A stretch of DNA of 64,000 bases, taken from the NCBI GenBank assembly GCA_963734535.1, contig CAVTHS010000014.1, forward strand, positions 32,001 to 96,000, written 5' to 3'. The translations under genes were made by a program, and so were the position numbers. How positions within the stretch are numbered: position 1 is the first letter of the stretch; each line of letters begins with the position of its first letter. Shown one piece after another: positions 63,132-64,000 of the stretch. Under the pieces are notes generated by a model, which worked only from the letters and a program-made list of their open reading frames with translations, was not told the origin of the DNA and did not search any database. Origin of the DNA: an uncultured Chloroflexia bacterium. GTDB taxonomy: Bacteria > Chloroflexota > Limnocylindria > Limnocylindrales > CSP1-4.

Positions 63132-64000
63132 ATGTACGCGGTGATCCTGGCGGGCGGCGGTGGAACGCGCCTCAGGCCGCTCTCGACCGTGGATCGCCCA
63201 AAGCCGTTCCTTCCGCTGCTCGGGGACCGGTCGCTGTTCCAGCGGACGGTCGACCGTGTCCGCGGTGTGGCGGATGGTGGCGTGGCGGTGGTTGTCAACC
63301 AACGCCACGCGCCGCTCGTACGGGACCAGGCACGGGGTGTGACGGTGCTCGAGGAGCCGACCGGGAGGAATACCGCTGGAGCGATCGCACTGGCCACGCT
63401 CGCCCTCGACGCGCCCGATGATGCGATCATGGTCGTCCTGCCGGCGGACCACCAGGTGGCAGACGAGCCGACCTTTCGGACGGTCCTGGCTGACGCCGCG
63501 GCGGAGCTTGCGCCGGGTTCGTTCGGGATCGCCCGCCCGCTGGTCACGCTCGGCATCCGGGTCACCGGGCCCGCGACCGACTACGGCTACCTGGTCCCCG
63601 ACCTCGACCGCGCCGGATCGGGCCGGCTCTCGGCCCACCCACTGAGCCGCTTCGAGGAGAAGCCGGATCGCGAGTCGGCCGCGCGGCTCGCGCGGGAGCC
63701 GGGAATCGCCTGGAACGCAGGCATCTTCCTCTGGCAGAGGGGCGCGATCCGGGCCGCCCTCAACGACTTCGCCCCCGACGTCCTCGGCGCGGTGGAGCTG
63801 GCGTATACGGCGGGTCGGCTCGACGCGGCGTACCCGGCGGTCCGCTCCACCTCGATCGACTATGCCGTGATGGAGCAGGCGGCCCGGGCCGGGATCGTGG
63901 TCATGGCCGCGATGGACGTCGGCTGGAGCGACCTCGGGACGTGGACGGCGCTGCTCGGCGCGCTCGGCGCCCCAGGGTCCGGATCGGTCGTCGAGCCGGG
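63132..64000 (+). CDS. manC: Mannose-1-phosphate guanylyltransferase, partial (runs off window)
   Basis: Manual translation MYAVILAGGGGTRLRPLS..PKPFL..EP.GRNTA..LPADH..YGY..FEEKP..WNAGIF..SIDYAVME..GWSDLG. Confidence 0.88.
   Translation, partial: MYAVILAGGGGTRLRPLSTVDRPKPFLPLLGDRSLFQRTVDRVRGVADGGVAVVVNQRHAPLVRDQARGVTVLEEPTGRNTAGAIALATLALDAPDDAIMVVLPADHQVADEPTFRTVLADAAAELAPGSFGIARPLVTLGIRVTGPATDYGYLVPDLDRAGSGRLSAHPLSRFEEKPDRESAARLAREPGIAWNAGIFLWQRGAIRAALNDFAPDVLGAVELAYTAGRLDAAYPAVRSTSIDYAVMEQAARAGIVVMAAMDVGWSDLGTWTALLGALGAPGSGSVVEP

Overview
This is very GC-rich (visually about 70%) bacterial chromosomal DNA. Gene content and style suggest Chloroflexota, possibly Ca. Limnocylindria (inference). 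Many conserved genes carry single-base frameshifts, most likely long-read assembly indels. In order, the window holds: NYN and GNAT genes; a livKHMGF ABC operon; hpt with a nuclease-fold neighbour; csoR and an orphan histidine kinase; rsmG; a KimA-USP-TrkA-TrkA potassium cluster; a heat-shock cluster (hsp20-hspR-lon-dnaJ/cbpA-clpB-nudix) bracketed by two inverted copies of a ~165 bp element with inverted ends; a divergent purH; folK; a MidA/NDUFAF7 methyltransferase; a complex I (nuo) operon; otsB; tlpA; a Cys-to-Ser sortase-like gene; corA; an MFS transporter; a CYTH gene; and two sugar-related clusters (DeoR-E1ab-E2-PfkB and LacI-GME-like epimerase-GHMP kinase-nucleotidyltransferase-manC). 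The standout is the complex I operon. Its nuoI gene is split between the two ferredoxin motifs. The N-half is fused to a degenerate NuoE. The C-half is fused to a NuoG/GltD(NfnB)-like FAD/NADPH-binding Fe-S protein. A degenerate NuoF lies between them. This looks like an Stn/Nso-like module inserted inside nuoI, suggesting an NADPH-fed or otherwise rewired complex I.
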